Assembly (NCBI GenBank): GCA_039586795.1
Contig: JBDHJS010000006.1
Coordinates: 32,001 to 96,000, forward strand
Direction: 5' to 3'
Source: Gemmatimonadota bacterium
GTDB lineage: Bacteria > Gemmatimonadota > Gemmatimonadetes > Palauibacterales > KS3-K002
DNA length: 64,000 bases
The number at the start of each line of letters is the position of its first letter. Position 1 is the first letter of the stretch. The position numbers were made by a program, and so were the translations under genes. The notes beneath the pieces are model-generated. The model was not told the origin of the DNA. It did no database searches and worked only from the letters and a program-made list of their open reading frames with translations. Positions 1 through 8,306 of the stretch are shown here, one piece after another.

Positions 1-1
1 C

Positions 2-634
2 GGCACCCGAGTTGTGCCTGGCGTTCAGGTCGTGCATGTCGACGGCGTGCGGGTCGAAGTCGGTCGGCTCCGCTGGATCGCCGTCTGCAAGCCTCCAGGA
101 TACCTGACGACCCGCAAGGACGATCGCGGTCGCCCGACGGTATACGACCTGTTGCCGGCCGGCAGTAACGACCTGTTTCACGTTGGTCGACTGGATCGTT
201 TGACCGAGGGCCTGCTAATCTTCACGAACGAGGGAGAGGCGGCCCATCGGTTGTTGCATCCGAGGTACGAGATCCCAAGACGCTATCGCGTTGAGGTGGA
301 CGGCGTCGCCGGCGGCGCGGAAGCGCGCCGACTCGAGCGCGGCGTCGCACTCGATGACGGAGTCGCGACCGCCGAGGACGTGACGGTCAAGTCGCGCAAA
401 CGCGGCGCGAAATCGACGGCCGAGTTCCACCTCACGTTGCGCGAAGGACGGAAACGAGAAGTCCGCCGTATGATGGAAGCTCTCGACCTTCCGGTCAGGC
501 GGCTCGTTCGCGTCTCGTTCGGCCCCATCGAGCTGGGCGAGCTGAGGCCGGGTTCGTGGAGAGAGTTGAGCGCTGAAGAGATCCGTGCGCTCCGTGCGGC
601 GGTCGGGATGGGGGAATCCGATGGAGATTCGTAA
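2..634 (+). CDS. rluB: rRNA pseudouridine synthase, RsuA/RluB family (5' end outside window)
   Basis: KPPGY motif and catalytic VGRLD motif, LREGRKREVRRM, L.R.SFGPI.LG.L; frame open from position 2. Confidence 0.85.
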   Translation, partial: GTRVVPGVQVVHVDGVRVEVGRLRWIAVCKPPGYLTTRKDDRGRPTVYDLLPAGSNDLFHVGRLDRLTEGLLIFTNEGEAAHRLLHPRYEIPRRYRVEVDGVAGGAEARRLERGVALDDGVATAEDVTVKSRKRGAKSTAEFHLTLREGRKREVRRMMEALDLPVRRLVRVSFGPIELGELRPGSWRELSAEEIRALRAAVGMGESDGDS

Positions 635-2270
635 CACTAGAGTCCTGTTACTTGGCGGCTCCGGGCTGGTCGGCATGGCGATCGCCCGGGAGATGCTGCC
701 CTACGAGCCGGCGCGCCTGACGATCACCGCGCTCAGCGAAGTGGAGACCGCTGGGCCGTTCGCCGCATTGCAACAGCTCGCCGGTCCCAAGACCGAGGTC
801 GCCCGCGCTTGGGGCGATCTGTTCGTTGCTGCGGAATTCAAGGACACGCCCCGACGTGAGCTCGTCGAATCGCACGAGATGCGTCAGCGCCTGCTCGACG
901 ACATCTACGGTCCCCTCGATCGAGAGCGGTTGGAGCGCTCGTTCTTTCACCAGCTGCTGCTCAGCGAGAAGCCCGACATCATCATCGACTGCGTGAACAC
1001 GGCTACGGCGATCGCCTATCAAGACGTGTTCAGCAGCGTCAAGGAAGTTCGGTCCGCCCTGGATGCGGACGGTGATGCCGCCGACATCGTCGAGCGTCAT
1101 CTGACCGTGCTCTACATGCCCCAGCTGATCCGCCACGTGCGGATCCTGTTGGAGGCGCTGCGCGAGGCGGGGGTCGAGTTCTATCTGAAAGTCGGCACAT
1201 CCGGTACCGGCGGCATGGGGCTCAACGTGCCGTTCACCCACTCGGAGACCCGGCCATCCAACATGTTGCTGGCCAAGTCGAGCGTGGCGGGCGCGCATTC
1301 GCTGCTTCTCTTCCTTACGGCGCGCACGCCCGGCGCGCCCGCGGTCAAGGAGATCAAGCCGACCGCCGCCATCGCCTGGAAGGGGATCGGGTCCGGCCCG
1401 CTCAAGTGGCGGGGCAAAGAGGTCAAGCGCTTCGACTCGGCGAAGCCGGTCCCCTTGGAGGGGGCGCTCGATGCCGATGCCGACGCCTGGACAGATCTCG
1501 GTGATGACCTGGAAGCCGTCTATATCGATATGGGCGAGAACGGTCTGTTCAGCCGTGACGAGTTCGAGGCGATCTCGGCGCTGGGCCTGATGGAGCTGGT
1601 GACGACAGAAGAGATCGCCACCGTCGTGTTGCGTGAGATCCGCGGACAGCCCACCGGCCTCGATGTGGTCTCGGCGATCGACGGCGCCGCCATGGGTCCG
1701 ACGTACCGTGGTGGCGTGTTGCGCGAGCTGGCGCTCCGACGGCTGGAGGAGCTGGAGGAGGAAACCGGTTCCCGCAGTGTCGCGTTCGAGATGCTCGGAC
1801 CGCCGCGCCTCAGCAAGCTGCTGTTCGAAGCGCATATTCTGGAGACGATCTTCGGAACGCTCGACGCGGCGGCGGAGCTCGACCCGGACCAAACGGCTTG
1901 CGCTGCCGAATCTCTGTTGCGCGAAGACGATAAGACGCGGATCAACATCCTGTCGATCGGTCTGCCGATACTCAGCGCCGACGGCAAAACCGTGATGCGC
2001 GGACCCGAGGTCAAGTCGCGACCCGAACCCGGCGCATCCGTCGACGATCGAATCATCTCACGCGGCTGGGTCGATCTCAGGCCATCGAATTGGGCGATGT
2101 GGCAGGACCGGATCAGCCGCTACCTGAACGAATTGAAGTCGCAGCCGGGCCCGGACGAGGGCTCCATCGCCGACGCGGATCTGGCCAGCCGTTCGGGCCG
2201 AATCCGCCCTGGCGCCGCCGCGGCCTGGATATTCAAGTTCGAGGACGGTGGCATTCGCGTGAAGCGTTGA
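621..2270 (+). CDS. Rossmann-fold (SDR-like) NAD(P)-binding protein of unknown function
   Basis: N-terminal VLLLGGSGLVG nucleotide-binding motif, PDIIIDCVNTA; ATG at 621 overlaps the rluB 3' end. Confidence 0.6.
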   Translation: MEIRNTRVLLLGGSGLVGMAIAREMLPYEPARLTITALSEVETAGPFAALQQLAGPKTEVARAWGDLFVAAEFKDTPRRELVESHEMRQRLLDDIYGPLDRERLERSFFHQLLLSEKPDIIIDCVNTATAIAYQDVFSSVKEVRSALDADGDAADIVERHLTVLYMPQLIRHVRILLEALREAGVEFYLKVGTSGTGGMGLNVPFTHSETRPSNMLLAKSSVAGAHSLLLFLTARTPGAPAVKEIKPTAAIAWKGIGSGPLKWRGKEVKRFDSAKPVPLEGALDADADAWTDLGDDLEAVYIDMGENGLFSRDEFEAISALGLMELVTTEEIATVVLREIRGQPTGLDVVSAIDGAAMGPTYRGGVLRELALRRLEELEEETGSRSVAFEMLGPPRLSKLLFEAHILETIFGTLDAAAELDPDQTACAAESLLREDDKTRINILSIGLPILSADGKTVMRGPEVKSRPEPGASVDDRIISRGWVDLRPSNWAMWQDRISRYLNELKSQPGPDEGSIADADLASRSGRIRPGAAAAWIFKFEDGGIRVKR

Positions 2271-2332
2271 TCGCCGCGCCAACGTAGTATTCAACGTCAG
2301 AACGATCGACCAAACCGAGGACGCGACCCCGG

Positions 2333-3424
2333 ATGGCAGACGACGTCAAGCTGGAAGAGCAGGAAGAGCGGCCGGACGATCAGGAACAGCCGGTCGAAGG
2401 CGAGTTGGCCGACGAAGGCGAGCTCGCGGAGGACGGCACGGAGCAGCCTGGCCTCGAGCCCGTGGTCAGCACGGCCGGCCTCGAGCTCGCCGAGGCGATC
2501 ATGGGTCAGGTGCGCAAACGCATCGTCGGCCAGGAGTACATGGTCGAGCGCATCCTGATCGGCCTGCTGACCGGCGGCCACGTGCTCCTCGAGGGAGTGC
2601 CCGGCCTTGCCAAGACGCTGACCATTAAGACGATCGCCGAGACGATCGACACGAGCTTCCAGCGTATCCAGTTCACGCCGGATCTGCTTCCCGCCGACCT
2701 GATCGGCACGATGATCTACAACCAGAAGACGGGTGACTTCGAGCCGCGTCATGGTCCAATATTCGCCAACATACTCTTGGCCGACGAGGTGAACCGCGCG
2801 CCGGCGAAAGTGCAGTCGGCGATGCTCGAGGCGATGCAGGAACACCAGGTCACGTTCGGCGGCCAATCGTTCGCCCTCGATGAGCCGTTCCTCGTCCTCG
2901 CGACGCAGAACCCGATCGAGCAAGAGGGCACCTATCCGTTGCCCGAGGCGCAGGTCGACCGTTTCATGCTCAAGATCAAGATCAGCTACCCGTCGCGTGA
3001 CGAAGAGAAGCAGATCATGCTACGCATGTCGTCGGGTGATCCGATTCCCGTTGGCTCCGTGACGGACCCCGAAGCGATCGAGCAGGCCCGCAGCGATATC
3101 GCTCGCCTTTACATGGACGACAAGATCGCCGACTACATCGTTGATCTCGTTCACGCCAGTCGCGAACCGGCCGAGTATGGCGTACCCGAGCTCGTGCCGC
3201 TCATCGAGTATGGCGCATCGCCCCGCGCCACCATCTACCTGGCCCAAACGAGTCGCGCACACGCCTACCTGCACGGCCGGGGCTACGTGATCCCCGATGA
3301 TGTAAAGGCCGTCGCTTCGGATGTACTCCGTCACCGGATCATCACCACCTATGAAGCGGAAGCCGAAGAAGTAACCTCCGACGAGATCGTAAGGAGAGTG
3401 CTAGAAGCGGTTGATGTCCCCTAG
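2333..3424 (+). CDS. moxR: MoxR-family AAA+ ATPase
   Basis: HVLLEGVPGLAKT Walker A, RIQFTPDLLPAD, LADEVNRAPAKVQSA, ATQNPIEQEGTYPLPEAQVDRF. Confidence 0.95.
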   Translation: MADDVKLEEQEERPDDQEQPVEGELADEGELAEDGTEQPGLEPVVSTAGLELAEAIMGQVRKRIVGQEYMVERILIGLLTGGHVLLEGVPGLAKTLTIKTIAETIDTSFQRIQFTPDLLPADLIGTMIYNQKTGDFEPRHGPIFANILLADEVNRAPAKVQSAMLEAMQEHQVTFGGQSFALDEPFLVLATQNPIEQEGTYPLPEAQVDRFMLKIKISYPSRDEEKQIMLRMSSGDPIPVGSVTDPEAIEQARSDIARLYMDDKIADYIVDLVHASREPAEYGVPELVPLIEYGASPRATIYLAQTSRAHAYLHGRGYVIPDDVKAVASDVLRHRIITTYEAEAEEVTSDEIVRRVLEAVDVP

Positions 3425-3439
3425 AGCGCTACCGACAAT

Positions 3440-3550
3440 CGTCGTTCGACGCCCGGCGAACGACGCAACGAACGTCGACCCCGAACCTCGTGCGTCGAAC
3501 GTCGATCGCCGAATTGTCCTCGACCGCCGAGCGACCGCTGTCGGCTGTCG
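3440..3550. repeat. Degenerate heptamer array (CGAACGT-like) with a 9-bp hairpin
   Basis: CGAACCT CGTGCGT CGAACGT CGATCGC CGAATTG at 3482-3516; CGTCGTTCG (3440-3448) pairs with CGAACGACG (3457-3465). Confidence 0.55.
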
Positions 3551-3565
3551 AAATAGTCCAATCCG

Positions 3566-4465
3566 ATGACTCAGACAACCCAATCCGTCCCAAGGGAAGT
3601 GCTGCGGCAAGTCAAGCTGATCGAGCTACGCACCCGCGGATTGGTCAACACTCTATTCAGCGGAGAGTACCAGGCGGTCTTCAAAGGCCAGGGGATGGAG
3701 TTCGCCGAGGTCCGCGAGTACGCGCCAGGCGACGAGTACCGGACGATCGACTGGAACGTCTCCGCCCGCATGGGTCATCCCTACGTCAAGAAGTACACCG
3801 AGGAGCGCGAGCTCACCGTGATGTTCGCCGTCGACCTGTCGGGCTCCGAGCAGTTCGGGACCCGCGGTCGCTTCAAGGCGGAACTGGCGGCGGAGGTCGC
3901 CGCTGTCCTGGCCATGGCGGCGATCAAGAACAACGATCGTGTCGGCCTCCTATCGTTCACGGACCGCATCGAGGAGTTCGTACCGCCAAAGAAGGGGCGT
4001 CGCCACGCGCTGCGTCTCATCCGAGATCTGCTGGCGTTCAAGCCGTCCGGCGTCGGTACCGATCTGTCCGTAGCTCTCGACTATCTCGGTCGCATACTCC
4101 GCCACCGCGCCATTGTCTTTCTGATCTCCGATTTCATCGATGATGACTTCGAGAAATCGTTGAAAGTCATCAGTCGCCGCCACGACATCGTTGCGGTCAC
4201 CGTATCGGATCCCAGCGAACTGGCCATACCGGACGTCGGCTATCTCGAGCTCATCGATGCAGAAACCGACAACCGGGTCGTCCTCGACTCGGGTAACCGC
4301 TTCGTTCGCGAGCAGTTCGAGTCGATGGCGAATGAGGAAGAGGTCCGACTTCGCCGACTCTTCAGGCGTCTATCGATCGATAGAATCGAAATCCAAACGG
4401 ATCGCTCCTACGTGAAGCCGCTGATCGAGTTCTTCAGGGCTAGGGAGCGAAAGCGCGTCCGATGA
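3566..4465 (+). CDS. DUF58 domain protein (MoxR-associated, vWA-like)
   Basis: GMEFAEVREYAPGD, IDWNVSAR, VDLSGS, FLISDF; follows moxR. Confidence 0.9.
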   Translation: MTQTTQSVPREVLRQVKLIELRTRGLVNTLFSGEYQAVFKGQGMEFAEVREYAPGDEYRTIDWNVSARMGHPYVKKYTEERELTVMFAVDLSGSEQFGTRGRFKAELAAEVAAVLAMAAIKNNDRVGLLSFTDRIEEFVPPKKGRRHALRLIRDLLAFKPSGVGTDLSVALDYLGRILRHRAIVFLISDFIDDDFEKSLKVISRRHDIVAVTVSDPSELAIPDVGYLELIDAETDNRVVLDSGNRFVREQFESMANEEEVRLRRLFRRLSIDRIEIQTDRSYVKPLIEFFRARERKRVR

Positions 4466-5577
4466 TCGCGACGCTCACCGCTCTCGCCCTGCTGCTTCAG
4501 ATGGCCGCTCCCCAGGCCGAGGTTGAAGTGCGGGCCGTGGCCGTCCCCGACAGCGTGAAGATCGGTGAAGAGTTCACGCTCAGCGTCTACGTCAGCGGTT
4601 TCGCCGAAGGGTCCGAAGTTGTCTTCCCGGAGCTTCCCGACACCGGGTCGGTGACCGCTCTCGGGCCGCCGCTGGTCGGGGGCGATCAGCCCACCGATAC
4701 GCTGTTGGCGCTCTACGAGCTCGCCGCCTGGAAAGCCGGCGACCTTCAGGTCCCGGAGGCGGAGCTCGTCATCATCCGTGACGGAGCTGAGCTGACGATC
4801 CCGCTTCCCGAGGTGACCGTCCGTGTCGTGTCTGTTCTGCCGCTGGACGCCGACCCCGACACGTTGGCGTGGGAGCCGCCGGCCGATGTGGTGGGTGCCA
4901 ACTGGAGCCTGCGCGACAAACTGATTGGTGCCGGGCTGGCACTCGCGGCATTGCTCATCGGCTTCGTCTATCTCCGGCGTCGGGTCGCCGCGTACCCCGT
5001 GACACTGCCTCCCGCCAAAACGCCAAGCGAACGCGCGCTGGATGCGCTGGAGCTCATCGCGCAGAGCGGGTTGATCGAGGCCGGCGAGTTGAAGGGTTTC
5101 TATTCGGCGCTGTCTTTCGTGCTCCGGCAGTTCCTCGCCGACACCGAGTACGAGTGGGGGCTCGACCTCACCACCAGCGAGGTGGTGAACGCGGTGGCCA
5201 GCGACGGTGTGACCGATCAGGCCGTTGCGTTGCTCGGCGTGCTCCTCATCGAGGCCGACACCGTGAAGTTTGCCCGCCGCCGACCGTCGCGGGGCAGAGC
5301 CGGCTGGGCGCTCGACGCGGCCCACGGTTGGGTGGCCGACTTCGAACGCGTGGACCGGTTGCCCGATTTCGTGCTCGAGCCCGACGCGGAGCTCGAAGAA
5401 GCGCTGACGGTCAAGCGAGAGGCCGGCCTCAGCATCGACGATAGCGAAGCGCAGCTCGAGGAGATCGACGACATCTTCGCGGATGATGCGGTGGTCGAGG
5501 GCGAGGCCTCTGAGACGGCCAGCCATGCCGAGGATACGTTTGAGGATGACGAGCAAGGGAAGGGGGACGCGACATGA
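4462..5577 (+). CDS. Bat-operon membrane protein (Ig-like N-terminus, one TM helix, acidic tail)
   Basis: Signal peptide, DSVKIGE, TM segment then ERALDALE...FYSALS..LRQFL, ADTVKFAR; ATGA overlaps on both sides. Confidence 0.7.
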   Translation: MIATLTALALLLQMAAPQAEVEVRAVAVPDSVKIGEEFTLSVYVSGFAEGSEVVFPELPDTGSVTALGPPLVGGDQPTDTLLALYELAAWKAGDLQVPEAELVIIRDGAELTIPLPEVTVRVVSVLPLDADPDTLAWEPPADVVGANWSLRDKLIGAGLALAALLIGFVYLRRRVAAYPVTLPPAKTPSERALDALELIAQSGLIEAGELKGFYSALSFVLRQFLADTEYEWGLDLTTSEVVNAVASDGVTDQAVALLGVLLIEADTVKFARRRPSRGRAGWALDAAHGWVADFERVDRLPDFVLEPDAELEEALTVKREAGLSIDDSEAQLEEIDDIFADDAVVEGEASETASHAEDTFEDDEQGKGDAT

Positions 5578-6548
5578 TCTTCGAGTCGCCCTGGGCGTTC
5601 TCCCTGCTGGGCATCTTCCCCCTCTGGTGGCTTTGGCGCAAAGAACTCGGCGGTTTCCGCTACTCCCGCGGCGACGTCGCGGCACGTTCCGGTCGGCGGG
5701 TGAACCGCTGGATCGGCTCGTTGCCCGCCGTTCTGCGCGGACTTGCCGTGCTGACTCTCATCGTGGCGCTCGCTCGCCCGCAGACGGGTGTCGCCACGGA
5801 AGAGGTGGAAGCGGAGGGGATCGCTATCGCGCTGGTGGTCGACATATCGAGCTCGATGCTTGCCCTCGATATGCAGCCACTCGACCGACTCGAGGTCGCG
5901 AAGCGTACGGTGCTCGAGTTCGTGATGAACCGGGAGTACGATCGAATCGCGCTCGTCGCGTTCGCCGGCGAGGCGATGACCCAGGTGCCGTTGACCATTG
6001 ACTATCAGGTACTCGAGGAATCGATCAACAACCTCCAGGTCGATTTGCTGGAGGACGGTACCGCCATCGGTACCGCGTTGGCCACGGCGACGAATCGGCT
6101 ACGTAGATCGCCGGGCGCTTCCAAGGTCGTCATCCTGTTGACCGACGGTGAGAACAATCAGGGTGAGGTCGACCCGGTCACCGCGGCCCGCGCCGCGGCT
6201 GCCTATGACATACGGACCTATACTGTGGGCGTCGGCAGCGAGGGCGTCGCGCCCGTACCGATCGGCCGCGGACCGTTGGGCACCGAGTACGCGAACATGC
6301 GCGTCCGACTCGATGAAGATCTGCTGCGTCGCATCGCATCGATCACCGGCGCGCAGTACTTCCGCGCAACGAACGCAACGGCTCTCGAAGAGATCTATCG
6401 GCAGATCGACGAACTCGAGAAGACGCCCGTGAATGTCCGCCGCTATATCGAGTTCAGCGAGCATTTCCGACCGTTTGTCTTGCTCGCCTGCCTGTTCATC
6501 CTGGCGGAGTGGATGCTGCGCGTCCGCCGTTACCCGTTGTATGCGTGA
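5574..6548 (+). CDS. batA: vWA domain protein BatA
   Basis: N-terminal FESPWAF, ALARPQ, MIDAS DISSSM, DGTAIG, ILLTDGENNQG. Confidence 0.85.
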   Translation: MIFESPWAFSLLGIFPLWWLWRKELGGFRYSRGDVAARSGRRVNRWIGSLPAVLRGLAVLTLIVALARPQTGVATEEVEAEGIAIALVVDISSSMLALDMQPLDRLEVAKRTVLEFVMNREYDRIALVAFAGEAMTQVPLTIDYQVLEESINNLQVDLLEDGTAIGTALATATNRLRRSPGASKVVILLTDGENNQGEVDPVTAARAAAAYDIRTYTVGVGSEGVAPVPIGRGPLGTEYANMRVRLDEDLLRRIASITGAQYFRATNATALEEIYRQIDELEKTPVNVRRYIEFSEHFRPFVLLACLFILAEWMLRVRRYPLYA

Positions 6549-6579
6549 TGGTGCGATTGTCGTGTAATGGAGGTAGAGC

Positions 6580-7593
6580 GTGAGGATCGAATATCCGGTT
6601 TGGATCTGGCTGGGAATCCTGGCCGCTCTGGCGGGTATCGCCCTCGTCTACCTCTGGTACAAGCGACGACGCGCCGCACTCGATGCCCTGGGCAGTTCGG
6701 GAATGCTCGAACGCCTGACCCGCATCGATCTCTCGGGCACCCCATATCGGCGTGGCGCGCTGGTCGCCGCCGCCCTCGGTCTCATGGGCTTCTCCCTCGC
6801 CGGCCCGCAGTGGGGAGCGCAGGAGGTGGAGGAGCAGGCTCGCGCACTGAGCGTCGTCCTCGTGCTCGATATCTCCGAGTCGATGTGGGCGGAGGATGTA
6901 GCGCCGAACCGCTTCGAACGAGAACGATTGCAGGGTCGCCGGCTCGTGACGGAGTTGGCCGGCCACCGGGTCGGCCTGGTAGCATTCGCCGGCTCCGCCT
7001 ATCGCCTCTCACCACTGACCAGCGATCACGGGGCGCTGCAGCTCTATCTGGATGCCCTCGATCCATCGATGGCGGGCACGCCCGGCTCTTCGCTGGCGGC
7101 GGCAATTCGCCAGGCGGCTACCCTGCTGCGCGACGATACCGCCGAGGGGGGTGACCGGGCCATCGTGATTCTCAGTGACGGAGAATCGCATGACGAAGAG
7201 CGAGATGTTATCGATGCGGCTCGCGAAGCGGCGTCCGCGAACATCCGCGTCTACGCCATCGGCATCGGGAGCGATCGCGGCGAGCCGATCCCACGATACG
7301 ATCGGGTCGGCGAGCGAATCGGCGGGTACAAGCGCGACGAGAACGGTGAAGTCGTGTTGACGCGCATGTCGTCCGAACCGCTGTCCGCGGCGACGCGGCG
7401 CGCTGGCGGATTCTGGGCTCGCTCCGATGAAGGTGGCGTGACCCGCGTGCTCGCCGCGCTGTCCGAGCTCGAGACGGGTCGGAGCGAAGTGACCCGCGGA
7501 GTGCGTTGGACGCCGCGCTTCCAGTGGTTCGTCGCCGGCGCGCTGCTCCTGCTGATCGCCGACTGGGGTTGGGCTTGGAGGCGCCAGCGATGA
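6580..7593 (+). CDS. batB: vWA domain protein BatB
   Basis: LAGPQWG, DISESM.AEDVAPNR, VGLVAFAG, ILSDGE, IGSDRGEPIP. Confidence 0.85.
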   Translation: MRIEYPVWIWLGILAALAGIALVYLWYKRRRAALDALGSSGMLERLTRIDLSGTPYRRGALVAAALGLMGFSLAGPQWGAQEVEEQARALSVVLVLDISESMWAEDVAPNRFERERLQGRRLVTELAGHRVGLVAFAGSAYRLSPLTSDHGALQLYLDALDPSMAGTPGSSLAAAIRQAATLLRDDTAEGGDRAIVILSDGESHDEERDVIDAAREAASANIRVYAIGIGSDRGEPIPRYDRVGERIGGYKRDENGEVVLTRMSSEPLSAATRRAGGFWARSDEGGVTRVLAALSELETGRSEVTRGVRWTPRFQWFVAGALLLLIADWGWAWRRQR

Positions 7594-8306
7594 GGACGAT
7601 CGGGCTGGTCCTGCTGATGGGCGTCGCGCTGCTCGGTTTCCGACTCGCTACACAGGAAGAGTCGGGCAACCGGGCCTACCGCAACAGAAACTACCCGGGT
7701 GCGGTCGAGCGCTATCGCGAGGCTGTCGCTCGTGGCGGAGGCTCCGCACGGCTGCAGTACAACCTGGGGACGGCATTGCTGCAGATGTCCGAGCCGGAGG
7801 CGCGTGAGCGCTTGATGGAAGCATTGGAGGCGCAATCGCCTGAACTCCGCGCTCGCGCCTTCTATAACCTCGGCAATGCCCTCGCCCTCGGGTCGGGAGG
7901 AGCGCCCCCCAACGAAGGTGAGTTGCGTGCCGCCATCGATGCGTACCGCAGGTCGTTGCTGCTCGACCCGACTGGCGACAACGTGAGATGGAACCTCGAG
8001 CTGGCCATGCGCCGCTTGGAGGATCGGCAGGGGAGCCCGCAGCAAGAAGGGCCGCCTCAGCAGTCTCCCAACGTACCTCCCCAGGGCCAGGGTGAAGGGC
8101 CGGAGCAACCCAGGGGAGAAGGCCAGACCGCGCCTCAGCCGGGAGAGATGCAGCGACCTCGAGGGCAGCAGCTCGATTCTTCGGACGAGCCGTTCCCCCA
8201 GGAGCTTGCCGAGCAGATCTTGAGAGCGGTGGAAGAGCGTGAGCGGGCGCTGCAACGCGAGAAGCTGCGTCGTCAGCGCAGACGGACCAGGGGGCCCGAC
8301 TGGTGA
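7590..8306 (+). CDS. batC: TPR protein BatC
   Basis: GNRAYR, YNLGTA, YNLGNA, AYRRSLLLDP, WNLELA, Q/P-rich linker, C-terminal DW; ATGA overlap with batB. Confidence 0.8.
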   Translation: MRTIGLVLLMGVALLGFRLATQEESGNRAYRNRNYPGAVERYREAVARGGGSARLQYNLGTALLQMSEPEARERLMEALEAQSPELRARAFYNLGNALALGSGGAPPNEGELRAAIDAYRRSLLLDPTGDNVRWNLELAMRRLEDRQGSPQQEGPPQQSPNVPPQGQGEGPEQPRGEGQTAPQPGEMQRPRGQQLDSSDEPFPQELAEQILRAVEERERALQREKLRRQRRRTRGPDW

